Below are positions 1 through 8,620 of a DNA stretch of 64,000 nucleotides, in pieces. The position numbers and the translations under genes were made by a program. Below the pieces are notes generated by a model that saw only the letters and a program-made list of their open reading frames with translations, did not search any database and was not told the origin of the DNA. Each line of letters opens with the position of its first letter. Positions within the stretch are counted from its first letter, which is position 1. Source of the DNA: an uncultured Methanomicrobiales archaeon. Lineage in GTDB: Archaea; Halobacteriota; Methanomicrobia; Methanomicrobiales; Methanospirillaceae. Where the stretch lies: contig CAILCG010000010.1 of the NCBI GenBank assembly GCA_903832665.1, positions 9,061 to 73,060 of the forward strand, in the 5' to 3' direction.

Positions 1-393
1 AGCAACGGTACCGTTGTCAACTACAACCGTACAGAATTCTCCCAGTGCATTTGCCAGTGCAACGGGGAAATTCGGAGGGACCAGCACTTTTTTCCCAACC
101 TGCCCGGCAATCATCTTTGCTGTCGCTTTCCATGGGTCTTTTTCGGATTTCAGAATCTCAGGAAGTCCGGCCTGCGTACGGGTCATCACTGAAGCAGTAG
201 ATTCCCGGGACGCGCGTCCGGTCTCCATCTGGGAGATAATGATCATGCCATTCTCATTTACTTTTTTAAAATAGACAAAAGGGTCGCTCGTAACAAATTG
301 TGTCAGGTAACGCATATCTGCGTCGCGCGAGGACGCATATATCACGTAGGCGTCCGCTCCACTTTTTCTGACTGCACGGGATAAGGTATCCAT
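1..393 (-). CDS. M24-family Xaa-Pro aminopeptidase/creatinase-type peptidase, N-terminal part (gene runs off the window)
   Basis: Own translation of the minus strand from ATG at 393..391 gives MDTLSRAVRKSGADAYVIYASSRDADMRYLTQFVTSDPFVYFKK... There are 131 open codons down to position 1. The pattern resembles the creatinase/prolidase N-terminal domain. It is absent from the ORF track because no stop lies in the window. Confidence 0.55.
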   Translation of the reverse strand, partial: MDTLSRAVRKSGADAYVIYASSRDADMRYLTQFVTSDPFVYFKKVNENGMIIISQMETGRASRESTASVMTRTQAGLPEILKSEKDPWKATAKMIAGQVGKKVLVPPNFPVALANALGEFCTVVVDNGTVA

Positions 394-450
394 CTAGGTT
401 GATGTATGCGGTGAAACGTCAAGTACTTTTATTCCGGGGTTGACATTCCA

Positions 451-744
451 GTGATGGATGAGAATGCAAAAACCCAGTTCAGATGGAAATTTTATCGGCT
501 CACTGTTCAGCTCAATATCATCGTGATGCTTGTTGCTCTGTCAATTATCATCTTTTTCATAGTCCATTCTCCTTACACTCCGCCGGCAATTCTTGGAATG
601 CTCATTCTTGCATTGATCCTTTCCCTGGATTTTTCAAAACGATACAAGGAAACGAAAACCTGGCTCTATGCCCAACCTGATAAGAGTAAAGAAGGAGAAG
701 ACATCAATCTGAACAGTACCGGACAAAACGATAAGTCTGAATGA
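451..744 (+). CDS. hypothetical small membrane protein
   Basis: 97-aa ORF with two hydrophobic helices (LNIIVMLVALSIIIFFIV, AILGMLILALILSL). The track start is GTG and an ATG follows at 454. No recognisable family. Confidence 0.35.
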   Translation: MMDENAKTQFRWKFYRLTVQLNIIVMLVALSIIIFFIVHSPYTPPAILGMLILALILSLDFSKRYKETKTWLYAQPDKSKEGEDINLNSTGQNDKSE

Positions 745-773
745 ACGGATGGTTACGGAGTTTATAGAGAATT

Positions 774-1061
774 ATGCTCAAAAAGATGAAGGATGAGATT
801 GAACTGCTGAGTCGCCATATCGAAGTGGCAAAGGCAGTTGTCGATCACGAGCCAATAGGAATTATGAAATTATCCGAGTTGCTCAATCTCCCTTCGCATC
901 GAATACGATACTCCCTCCATGTGCTGGAACAACTCGGGTACATCCGCGCATCACCGGAGGGAGCGGTTGCCACACCACGAACAGTTGAATTATTCCAGCA
1001 TCTCAACAGAGATCTTGATGACCTTATCCAATTGCTTTCGGCGATGAAACGCCAAAAATGA
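774..1061 (+). CDS. small winged-helix DNA-binding protein (putative transcriptional regulator)
   Basis: 95 aa. The segment MKLSELLNLPSHRIRYSLHVLEQLGYIRASPEG looks like an HTH recognition helix plus wing. Confidence 0.5.
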   Translation: MLKKMKDEIELLSRHIEVAKAVVDHEPIGIMKLSELLNLPSHRIRYSLHVLEQLGYIRASPEGAVATPRTVELFQHLNRDLDDLIQLLSAMKRQK

Positions 1062-1155
1062 GTAATTATCTTTAATTTTTCCACGGTCAACATCCTTCGA
1101 CCTCATAGTTACCTTTAAAAGTCCCCGGAAAGAATCTAATAAGGCGCATTAACGT

Positions 1156-1228
1156 GCCTCCCTAACTCAGTTGGTAGAGTGTCGGACTGTTAATCCGAAT
1201 GTCACAGGTTCGAGCCCTGTGGGGGGCG
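1156..1228 (+). tRNA. tRNA-Asn (GTT)
   Basis: 73-nt cloverleaf folded by hand. Acceptor GCCTCCC/GGGGGGC, D-arm ACTC-AGTTGGTA-GAGT, anticodon stem TCGGA/TCCGA with loop CTGTTAA, T-arm ACAGG-TTCGAGC-CCTGT, discriminator G. Confidence 0.9.
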
Positions 1229-1237
1229 TTTTTAAGG

Positions 1238-1312
1238 GGGCCCGTAGCTCAGTCCGGTTAGAGCGCCCGGCTCATAACCGGGCGGTCATGGGTTCGAATC
1301 CCTTCGGGCCCA
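1238..1312 (+). tRNA. tRNA with CAT anticodon (Met by anticodon; probably tRNA-Ile2, see findings)
   Basis: 75-nt cloverleaf. Acceptor GGGCCCG/CGGGCCC, anticodon stem CCCGG/CCGGG with loop CTCATAA, T-loop TTCGAAT (one T-stem mismatch), discriminator A. Confidence 0.85.
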
Positions 1313-1401
1313 TTGATTTTTCGATATTTTTTCATTTAAAGTTCTTTTTTCCCTGAACCGGTTGAAAAAGTTTCTATTATAAAAGGCACAAAGGGAGCAT
1401 A

Positions 1402-2433
1402 ATGAAGTGCCCCGTTTGTCAGATGGACTGTGTCAGATCTGCCAAAGAAATGCTTTTTGCACTTCCGTCATTGTTTCGCCCATGTTCAGATTGCAGTGGC
1501 AGGGTATTAGACAAACGGGCCCCCCTTCCGACCCTCGAATTTGCCCTGCCTTGCAGATGCGGGAAACGTTTTATCGATGAAGTATTTGCCCACATCTACG
1601 TGACCATGGTAGAAGAAGGGGATATGAAACCCACAGAACCATTAATAGCGGTGGGATCCCCACTCATCCATCCGGGATTTCCCATGGAACACCCGCCATT
1701 CCTTTCCGAAAAATCTCTCGTGTTGTTAACCCAGAAAGCAACAAAAAAAACTGCAGAGCGGCTTATGAATGAAGTCCCCGAACTGCGGGGAGTGGTAAAA
1801 ACCGGTAATTTTATTCCGGGGATTGCAAGTGCAGATTTAACATCGGTGCCCCGGGTTTACGAACTCCTGGCGGGATGTGACGTACGGGCGGATATATTCC
1901 CGCTCAGGACTGGACCGCTCGTCATGTACAAGCAGCAGTCACTGATTCATATCGAATTTTCCCGGGGATATGCACCAAAAATCAGGGCATTGGAACAACA
2001 TTTGGGAAATCCCCCCACAAAAATGTTTATTGATGCGTGTTCTGGAGTAGGGACATTAGGTCTGACGGCCGCATCATTAGGTGTACTGCAGGTGATCATG
2101 AATGATGCATGGTACGCATCGGCATTCTGGTCTGCTTTCAATCTTGAAGTAAACCGGGAGTATTTCAAAGTCAACAGGGTTCGGATATTTGAGCAGATGG
2201 AAGACATGGTAAAGCATCCTGTAATGAAATATCCCATCAAGATTGCAGAAACGGAGGGTGAGCAGGTAATTGAAGTCTACCAGGGTGACTTCAGGCAACT
2301 CCCTTCCGTTATCCCCTCCCATAGTCAACCGGTCACTGCTCTTGACATATTCGATAAAAGGGACACAGTGGGAATACAAAACATAAAAAAAGAATGGGGG
2401 GGCACTGTGGGCGGAGATATATTTGTTCCATAA
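1402..2433 (+). CDS. putative SAM-dependent methyltransferase with N-terminal Cys-rich (zinc-ribbon-like) region
   Basis: 343 aa. N-terminus has CPVCQ...CSDCSG...CRCG. The C-terminal half has a motif-I-like FIDACSGVGTLGL followed by VIMNDAW. Substrate unknown. Confidence 0.45.
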   Translation: MKCPVCQMDCVRSAKEMLFALPSLFRPCSDCSGRVLDKRAPLPTLEFALPCRCGKRFIDEVFAHIYVTMVEEGDMKPTEPLIAVGSPLIHPGFPMEHPPFLSEKSLVLLTQKATKKTAERLMNEVPELRGVVKTGNFIPGIASADLTSVPRVYELLAGCDVRADIFPLRTGPLVMYKQQSLIHIEFSRGYAPKIRALEQHLGNPPTKMFIDACSGVGTLGLTAASLGVLQVIMNDAWYASAFWSAFNLEVNREYFKVNRVRIFEQMEDMVKHPVMKYPIKIAETEGEQVIEVYQGDFRQLPSVIPSHSQPVTALDIFDKRDTVGIQNIKKEWGGTVGGDIFVP

Positions 2434-2482
2434 GACCCCGGGGCAACAACAAAAATTGAGAAACAATCCTATGACTCAGGTA

Positions 2483-2496
2483 AAAAGCCTTTATTG
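2483..2496 (+). promoter_or_regulatory. candidate BRE/TATA element for the SRP RNA gene
   Basis: AAAAAGCCTTTATT lies about 22-34 nt upstream of the inferred SRP RNA 5' end, the position expected for an archaeal promoter. Confidence 0.35.
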
Positions 2497-2516
2497 AGCA
2501 GTGCACAAAGGTATAT

Positions 2517-2823
2517 GGGGACTAGCCCGGGTGGCTCGGCGTCACTTGTAACCTGAAACCGTCGTTACGCGGGGGGCGAAGTTTGAGGAAGGCCGCAACG
2601 GCCTGCGGGAGCCTGTGTGTTCTGACTGTGAAACCTCGTCCCATGAGGTCGATGGCCAGGTATCAAGATTCCGTAGGGAATCGCGACCTGTTGCTGCGGG
2701 GACCGGTTCAGGCCCGGAAGGGAGCAGACTTACCGTAGACATTCGGCGCCCATGGGGTAACGGGGCAGAGGATGAATGCTTTGGTAAACGTAGTAACGTA
2801 CGGTCGACCGATAACACGTCCCT
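2517..2823 (+). ncRNA. archaeal signal recognition particle RNA (7S/SRP RNA)
   Basis: Contains the helix-8 signature CAGGCCCGGAAGGGAGCAG (GGAA tetraloop plus AGCA) and the Alu-domain TGTAACC motif. 5' GGGGAC can pair with 3' GTCCC. The ~307-nt length fits, and a T-run (TATTTT) follows. Confidence 0.85.
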
Positions 2824-2836
2824 ATTTTCGATTATC

Positions 2837-3790
2837 ATGGCTAAAGTGACCATTATTGGGGCGACAGGCAATGTGGGTATGTTTGCCGCACATGCAATTT
2901 CGTCGATACCTCATGTTAGTGAGATCCTGCTCCATGGAAGAGAAGGGCGCGAGTCTCTTTTGAAAGGAATAACCCAGGATCTTGTCGATTCCTTCGCTGC
3001 ACGGGGAACGGATGTCGAGGTCAACTGGACAACCAATTTAAATGATGTCGCCGGTTCGGCGGTCGTCGTTATTACTTCAGGGGTTCCGCGCTTGCCGGGC
3101 CAGGACCGTATGGATCTTGCTGTGGGAAATGCAAAGATTATCGCTCCACTTGCCCGGATCATTGGGGGTATCGCACCCGACACCAAAATTCTGATAGTTA
3201 CAAATCCCGTTGATGTGATGACATATGTGGCCCTGAAGAACTCGGGTCTCGCACCCAGCCAGGTGTTCGGGTTAGGAACGCACCTGGATTCAATGCGTTT
3301 AAAATCCCTGATCGCAGCGTACTTCAAGGTACACGTAAGTGAAGTCCATACGCGCATTATCGGCGAACACGGCGACAGCCTTGTTCCACTCTGGTCTGCG
3401 ACATCCATCGGGGGTATAAAGATCTCGAACCTGCCGACATTTTCCCATCTTCCTGTGCAGGATATCATTCATGCAGTCAAGACCAGCGGTGAAGAGATCA
3501 TCAAAAACAAGGGCTCTACAGTCTATGGACCCGGAGAGGCGATTGCCTCGCTGGTAAAGACCGTGCTCAGCGATGAAAACCGTATTCTGACCGTGTCTGC
3601 CTATATCAAAGAAGAAGTGCATGGTGCCGGCGAAGGCGGCGTTTGCATAGGGGTACCTGCGCGCGTGAATTGTCAGGGCGTTTTTCCCCTTTCGATCAGG
3701 ATCGACGAATCTGAAGTAGTGGCATTCCGCGAATCCGTAGAAAAGATACGGGCAATCACCCGGAAAGTAATGGCGTCTATTGAAGAATAA
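2837..3790 (+). CDS. mdh: malate dehydrogenase (LDH/MDH family)
   Basis: Starts MAKVTIIGATGNVG (Rossmann motif); also has TNPVD and IGEHGDS motifs. The track ORF starting at 2615 is over-extended across the SRP RNA; ATG at 2837 is in frame. Confidence 0.85.
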   Translation: MAKVTIIGATGNVGMFAAHAISSIPHVSEILLHGREGRESLLKGITQDLVDSFAARGTDVEVNWTTNLNDVAGSAVVVITSGVPRLPGQDRMDLAVGNAKIIAPLARIIGGIAPDTKILIVTNPVDVMTYVALKNSGLAPSQVFGLGTHLDSMRLKSLIAAYFKVHVSEVHTRIIGEHGDSLVPLWSATSIGGIKISNLPTFSHLPVQDIIHAVKTSGEEIIKNKGSTVYGPGEAIASLVKTVLSDENRILTVSAYIKEEVHGAGEGGVCIGVPARVNCQGVFPLSIRIDESEVVAFRESVEKIRAITRKVMASIEE

Positions 3791-3817
3791 GGAAAAAAGA
3801 GATGAACTGACTAACTT

Positions 3818-4075
3818 TTAGTTCAGTGTCACTTCAATGATCTCTGCCCGCTCAACTCCGGGGATATCATTGAGGGACTTTTCAATTGCATCAGTCTCGC
3901 CACCACAGTCATTGACAACTGCGGCAAGCTTGATCGCTTTTAGACCAAATCCGATTGGCTCTATTTTCATATCCTGAATGCCGGGCAGTTTTGCTTTGAG
4001 TGCCTTCTTGAGTTCTTCAAGATCGACATCGGGCGAATCCGGCATCACCCGCATAATGACGGCAACACTTCCCAT
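3818..4075 (-). CDS. translation elongation factor aEF-1 beta
   Basis: 85 aa, MGSVAVIMRVMPDSPDVDLEELKK...IEPIGFGLKAIKLAAVV...VERAEIIEVTL, typical aEF-1beta length and sequence. Confidence 0.85.
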   Translation of the reverse strand: MGSVAVIMRVMPDSPDVDLEELKKALKAKLPGIQDMKIEPIGFGLKAIKLAAVVNDCGGETDAIEKSLNDIPGVERAEIIEVTLN

Positions 4076-4078
4076 ATC

Positions 4079-4240
4079 TTATGGTCCCCCGAATCCACAT
4101 TTCGGGCAGGTGTAGGGGATGCTCTGTTCTCTGCACCGGTAACACCGGTTGATCTCAAAACCGCATGCGGGGCACCCGAATTGAGTTGCGCCCTCTTCTG
4201 CAAGCGGAGCACTGCAGGATGTACACTTTTTATCTGACAT
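4079..4240 (-). CDS. small four-CxxC zinc-finger protein (COG2888/HVO_2753-like)
   Basis: Own translation gives MSDKKCTSCSAPLAEEGATQFGCPACGFEINRCYRCREQSIPYTCPKCGFGGP (53 aa), which is below the ORF-track size cut-off. It ends 3 nt before the aEF-1beta start. Confidence 0.7.
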   Translation of the reverse strand: MSDKKCTSCSAPLAEEGATQFGCPACGFEINRCYRCREQSIPYTCPKCGFGGP

Positions 4241-4282
4241 TTAGCTCCTCCAAGGATTCCTATAGTATCTCTTTTAGAACGT

Positions 4283-4900
4283 TTAAAAGGTTGTACCTAT
4301 TTTGGTACCCGGGACTGCTTCTCCTTTCAAAAAATTTTCTACCAACTCACCCATCTTTCCATTGATAATGGTGGTTTTTACGTGATGTTTCAGGATAAAG
4401 GGAATGAAAAAAGGATCCACGACTTCATTTTGTATGGGAGTCGTTACCCATTCCTGAATAATATCCCCGAGAAGGATCCCATCAACAGATTTGAGGACGA
4501 GGAGTTCGACCCCCAGTTCTGCCGCCACCCATGCCGCAATAGTGTCTGATGTGATATCCCACGAATGGGGGAGGGGATCGCGTTGTCTCATGCTGATATA
4601 CGGGAGAAAGATCATTGTTTTTTGCGGTACTGCGAGAAAATCGGTAGCTACCATACCATGAGATGCAATAAACCATGCATACTGCTCCATAGCGGCAATG
4701 GCCATCCAGTGTGCAGAATCATCATTAACCGTTACCTGCCTCACAATATCGGCAAACCATCCCCCTCCCGGAACAACCAGGAGAGGACGTTCTGATTTGC
4801 ACAATAACGGGATAATTTCCGGAATATGGCGATGCAGGCTACCCCCCAGTTTCACAACGAGGGGAGCTGATTGTTCTTCCGTTCTGTTCTCTGACTGCAT
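4283..4900 (-). CDS. amino-acid-kinase-fold protein, MfnE-like (COG2054-type archaeal kinase)
   Basis: 205 aa with VVKLGGSL...LLVVPGGGWFADIVR. Too short for isopentenyl phosphate kinase or UMP kinase. The MfnE assignment is inference. Confidence 0.5.
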   Translation of the reverse strand: MQSENRTEEQSAPLVVKLGGSLHRHIPEIIPLLCKSERPLLVVPGGGWFADIVRQVTVNDDSAHWMAIAAMEQYAWFIASHGMVATDFLAVPQKTMIFLPYISMRQRDPLPHSWDITSDTIAAWVAAELGVELLVLKSVDGILLGDIIQEWVTTPIQNEVVDPFFIPFILKHHVKTTIINGKMGELVENFLKGEAVPGTKIGTTF

Positions 4901-4961
4901 TACCTTCCCGGAGAATTATATCGCCAGATTATAAAAGGGGGATGGAGATACAACTGACTCA

Positions 4962-6635
4962 ATGCGACGGTTTTGCCTGCTTATCGTTTCGCTCCTTCTT
5001 ATCACCGCCACAGCACATGCAGGTACTACCATAAGGATTATTGAATTCTGCCCCGATCCATATCTCCACGATGATATGGATGAGTATGTAGTGCTGTCCG
5101 GCAACGGATCGCTCGACGGAATCACCGTATCTGATGGAAGGGGCGGATTCCGTTTTCCCCAGGGCACTCATATTAATGGGAACCTGACGATTGCCCGCAG
5201 CGGGCCAGCATTCCTGCAAAGCCATGGACAACTTCCGGATCTCGAATGGCTCGATTATTCGCCAGTTGTCCCCAACGTAATCAACGGGGATCCGCTTCGT
5301 CTTGCGAATACCGGTGATGAACTGCTACTGTACGAAGCCTCAGTGCTGGTCCAGCGTATCGCGTGGCCAATGGATGTCAAACCCCGCGAAGGACAGATTC
5401 ATTATCGGGAAAATGGAGCATGGGACCCCCGGCCCCTGATGATCGGGCAGTCCCGCTTTGCCCCCGCAACCTTCCACAACGTGATCGTTACGACATTCGT
5501 CTCACCGGACAGTTCCAGTGAGATGTTCACGTACGCCGTGGATCAGGCATCCGATGAGATATTGCTCAATGTGTATGAATTTTCCAGCCCCGCGATGACC
5601 GATTCCCTGATCGCAGCCCGGGGACGGGGCGTAAATGTGTCAGTGCTTGTCGAGGGAGGGCCGGTCGGGGGGATCAGCCCGGAAGAAAAATCAGCGATCT
5701 GGAAGATGAACACAGGTGGAATAACAGTCCGAGAGATGATCTCTGACAAAACGGTCCATCCACCATACCGCTATGACCATGCCAAATATGTTGTTTTTGA
5801 TAAACGCGCAGTCCTTCTCACGAGTGAGAATTTTAAATACAGTGGATTTCCTCCTGCGGGTTACACGAGCAACCGGGGGTGGGGCGTTTACCTGGAGGAT
5901 CCTGCGCTTGCCGGGTATTTTTCAACGGTATACCAGACCGATTCCAGCGGACCTTCTGTTATTCCCATCAAAGGTTTGCCGGGAGATCCGGAACAGGTTC
6001 ATGAAGGAAAACACGCAACAGAATTCACCCCGGCACATTTTTCGGACGCGATAGTCAGCCCGGTTCTTGCACCCGATACCAGTAACCAGATTGTTGATCT
6101 GATTCAGTCTGCGCATACGAGTATCGAAATCGAACAGGCCTATATCACCAACGAGACTCCCCTCACTTTAAACCCCTATCTTGGAGCCGCGATCAACGCA
6201 TCACGACGCGGTGTTCATGTACGAGTACTTTTGGATTCGTACTGGTATAATATCGAAGATGAGAAGGATAATGACGAGATGGCTGCCCTTATCACCCGGA
6301 TCGGGACAACGGAACACATTCCACTTGAAGGGCGGTGTGCGAATCTTCTGGTAAGTAACCTTGAGAAGATCCACAACAAAGGAGTGATTGTCGACGGGCA
6401 GCGCGTGCTTGTCAGCAGTATCAACTGGAACTGCAATTCCCCAACTTTCAACCGGGAAGCAGGAGTCATCATAGAACACCCGGGGGTTGCCCGTTATTTC
6501 CTCAACGTGTTTGAAGACGACTGGAACGGTTCGGTGACATCCCCGGAACCTAAAACCGATTATCTGAAAATTATCATCGTGGTTATAGTAATACTGCTGT
6601 TGCTCTTCGTTTACTATCGCAGGCATATCCGATAG
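4962..6635 (+). CDS. secreted, C-terminally membrane-anchored phospholipase D-superfamily protein with N-terminal lamin-tail-like domain
   Basis: Signal peptide MRRFCLLIVSLLLITATAHA. Two HKD motifs (HAKYVVFDKRAVLLTSENF and HNKGVIVDGQRVLVSSINW). C-terminal TM IIIVVIVILLLLFVYY. Confidence 0.75.
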   Translation: MRRFCLLIVSLLLITATAHAGTTIRIIEFCPDPYLHDDMDEYVVLSGNGSLDGITVSDGRGGFRFPQGTHINGNLTIARSGPAFLQSHGQLPDLEWLDYSPVVPNVINGDPLRLANTGDELLLYEASVLVQRIAWPMDVKPREGQIHYRENGAWDPRPLMIGQSRFAPATFHNVIVTTFVSPDSSSEMFTYAVDQASDEILLNVYEFSSPAMTDSLIAARGRGVNVSVLVEGGPVGGISPEEKSAIWKMNTGGITVREMISDKTVHPPYRYDHAKYVVFDKRAVLLTSENFKYSGFPPAGYTSNRGWGVYLEDPALAGYFSTVYQTDSSGPSVIPIKGLPGDPEQVHEGKHATEFTPAHFSDAIVSPVLAPDTSNQIVDLIQSAHTSIEIEQAYITNETPLTLNPYLGAAINASRRGVHVRVLLDSYWYNIEDEKDNDEMAALITRIGTTEHIPLEGRCANLLVSNLEKIHNKGVIVDGQRVLVSSINWNCNSPTFNREAGVIIEHPGVARYFLNVFEDDWNGSVTSPEPKTDYLKIIIVVIVILLLLFVYYRRHIR

Positions 6636-6715
6636 GAATACATCACCCACAGAAGGCTTTACCTGGTATAAACAAATCTTTCGTTTTTTTAAAATTGGAG
6701 GATCAATAATAATTT

Positions 6716-6985
6716 TCAGGATTTCTTAAGTGCACACTGGCACACATCACAGAGGTTAATGTCGCTCTCTCCGGTTACCACAGCCAGTGCCCAGCGATCA
6801 ATGATTAAATTCAGCTCGGTTGACAATACAACTTCGCTCGCACCCCTTTTCCGGCTCATGTACTGACATACAGCCGCACGAGTCACACCAAGTCGTTTTG
6901 CTGCATCGCTCTGACTGAGACCTTGTTTCTGGACCAGCCGGGATACCATCTCTGCTCTCATTGGAGGCAACAGATTCCGGACCAT
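6716..6985 (-). CDS. HTH transcriptional regulator (COG2522-like) with C-terminal Cys motif
   Basis: Contains GLSQSDAAKRLGVTRAAVCQYMSRKRG (HTH) and a CDVCQC tail. Start chosen at MVRNLLPP (6985) rather than the 7030 track start. Confidence 0.55.
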   Translation of the reverse strand: MVRNLLPPMRAEMVSRLVQKQGLSQSDAAKRLGVTRAAVCQYMSRKRGASEVVLSTELNLIIDRWALAVVTGESDINLCDVCQCALKKS

Positions 6986-7020
6986 CGTGTCGCAGTGCAT
7001 CAGGGTGCAGGTATGCTTAG

Positions 7021-7266
7021 TCATACACACACGGGTTGAGGCTTAACTGACTGTTCAGTCCGGTTCTGGTATATGATCTGGCGTGCATCCCGGAAGTTGA
7101 ACTTCTCTATGATAAGATGGCGTTCTTTGAGTTTCTTTAACGCATACCGCACGGTTCGTGGCGCCAGGTTTGTTCGCGATACGAGGTCTTTGTGGGTCAT
7201 TGCACCACCGTTATCCAGAATCTCCAGCACCGTCTTTGATGATGGAGGTAATGTTGCAGGTTGCAT
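7021..7266 (-). CDS. winged-helix (MarR/ArsR-like) DNA-binding protein
   Basis: 81 aa with KTVLEILDNGGAMTHKDLVSRTNLAPRTVRYALKKLKERHLI. Confidence 0.55.
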   Translation of the reverse strand: MQPATLPPSSKTVLEILDNGGAMTHKDLVSRTNLAPRTVRYALKKLKERHLIIEKFNFRDARQIIYQNRTEQSVKPQPVCV

Positions 7267-7336
7267 GCTTAATATGTTAACACTGTTAACACATTAAACT
7301 ATCGGTAATTTAAACCCTCATTTTCAATACCCTCTT

Positions 7337-7702
7337 ATGTTCGAGCGCCAGGAACGGATCGCAGTCCTGTTGTTGATCGGCGTGGCGATAGCCGTGATAG
7401 CGGCCCACCTGATTCTGGGCTCAATGGGGAAACAGCCATTCTCAAAGCAGTTTACGAACAATACCGCTGATGGAGAATTGGTGCAAATTGAAGGCACCAT
7501 CGATCAGGTTACCCTGACCAGAACCGGCGGGCATATGATTTTGGAGATCGATAATCTCACTGTTTTTGTTCCGTCACAGTCAGCCCGGGACCTCACCGTG
7601 ACGAAAGGAACGAATGTATCGGTGTATGGGATTGTAGAGACCTATCGCGGGAAAAAAGAGATATTAGTCAATTCAGCCGACGATATCCAGGTTATAAAAT
7701 AG
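7337..7702 (+). CDS. membrane-anchored OB-fold protein
   Basis: N-terminal TM IAVLLLIGVAIAVIAAHLIL, then an OB-like beta-rich domain (VQIEGTIDQVTLTRTGGHMILEIDN...VSVYGIVETYRGKKEI). Confidence 0.5.
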   Translation: MFERQERIAVLLLIGVAIAVIAAHLILGSMGKQPFSKQFTNNTADGELVQIEGTIDQVTLTRTGGHMILEIDNLTVFVPSQSARDLTVTKGTNVSVYGIVETYRGKKEILVNSADDIQVIK

Positions 7703-7762
7703 AAGGGGGGGATATCCAGATCCCTGAGTTATTAAAAAAATCCCGCGCGTTGATTGAAAAAT

Positions 7763-8605
7763 TTATTCTGGCAAAATTTCAAGTTTCACGGAAAAGTTCC
7801 TGACGGTATGGGTAAGGGCCCCCATGCTTATCACATCAACCCCCAATGCTGCAAAATCACCGAGCGTGGTCCGATCTATTCCGCCAGAAATTTCAATCGT
7901 GACGCGATCTCGTAATCCCTTAGATTCGAGTGTATCAAGCGTGGTTTTCACCATCGCGGGATTCATGTTGTCGAGAAGGATAATATCGGCACCTGCCGAT
8001 GCAGCTAACAATGCATCACTAGGGTTCTCAACCTCTACTTCGATCTTTTTATAGAGGGTAGCCTTCTTTGCAGCAAGGATCGCTTTTTCCAGGGAGACCA
8101 GTGCCAGGTGGTTGTCTTTGATGAGAATCCCGTCACTGAGACTGTCGCGATGGGGATCCCCTCCCCCGAGCTGCACTGCTCTCTTGTCAAGCGCCCTGAA
8201 ACCGGGACAGGTTTTGCGCGTTGCTGCGATCCGGCATTGCCTGTTTACTGCTGATACGATATTGACCATATCATGCGTCTGGGTTGCAATACCACTCATT
8301 CGTCCGATGATATTGAGTGCAGTCCGCTCAACCAGCAGGATCTTTTTTGCATCCCCGGCAAGTGAGAGAACAACATCCCCCGGTTTTACCCGGTCCCCAT
8401 CCTGAAAATTTTGCGCTACCGTTACCCCATAATAAGAAAAGAGAATGTTCGCTTCACAGAGTCCTGCGATGATGCCCGACTGCTCTGAAGAAATTTCTGC
8501 ACGGCACCGGATGGCGGGGATCACCGCTTCAGAGGTCAAATCCCCGTATGGTGCATCCTCATCGATAAAATGCAGCAGATACTCAAGCGATACCATAGAT
8601 ACCAT
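7763..8605 (-). CDS. nadC: nicotinate-nucleotide pyrophosphorylase (carboxylating)
   Basis: Quinolinate phosphoribosyltransferase pattern: IDEDAPYGDLTSEAV...RTALNIIGRMSGIAT...RKTCPGFR...KDNH...ILLDNM...EISGGI. The track start at 8611 is TTG, so the ATG at 8605 is used. Confidence 0.85.
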   Translation of the reverse strand: MVSMVSLEYLLHFIDEDAPYGDLTSEAVIPAIRCRAEISSEQSGIIAGLCEANILFSYYGVTVAQNFQDGDRVKPGDVVLSLAGDAKKILLVERTALNIIGRMSGIATQTHDMVNIVSAVNRQCRIAATRKTCPGFRALDKRAVQLGGGDPHRDSLSDGILIKDNHLALVSLEKAILAAKKATLYKKIEVEVENPSDALLAASAGADIILLDNMNPAMVKTTLDTLESKGLRDRVTIEISGGIDRTTLGDFAALGVDVISMGALTHTVRNFSVKLEILPE

Positions 8606-8620
8606 CACCAAATGCCGGAA

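Noticed and set aside
2615-2836. The 5' extension of the mdh ORF in the track (391 aa starting at 2615).
   Set aside because: The extension overlaps the SRP RNA gene and translates to Arg/Gly/Ser-rich junk. The canonical MDH N-terminus MAKVTIIGATGNVG starts at the in-frame ATG at 2837.
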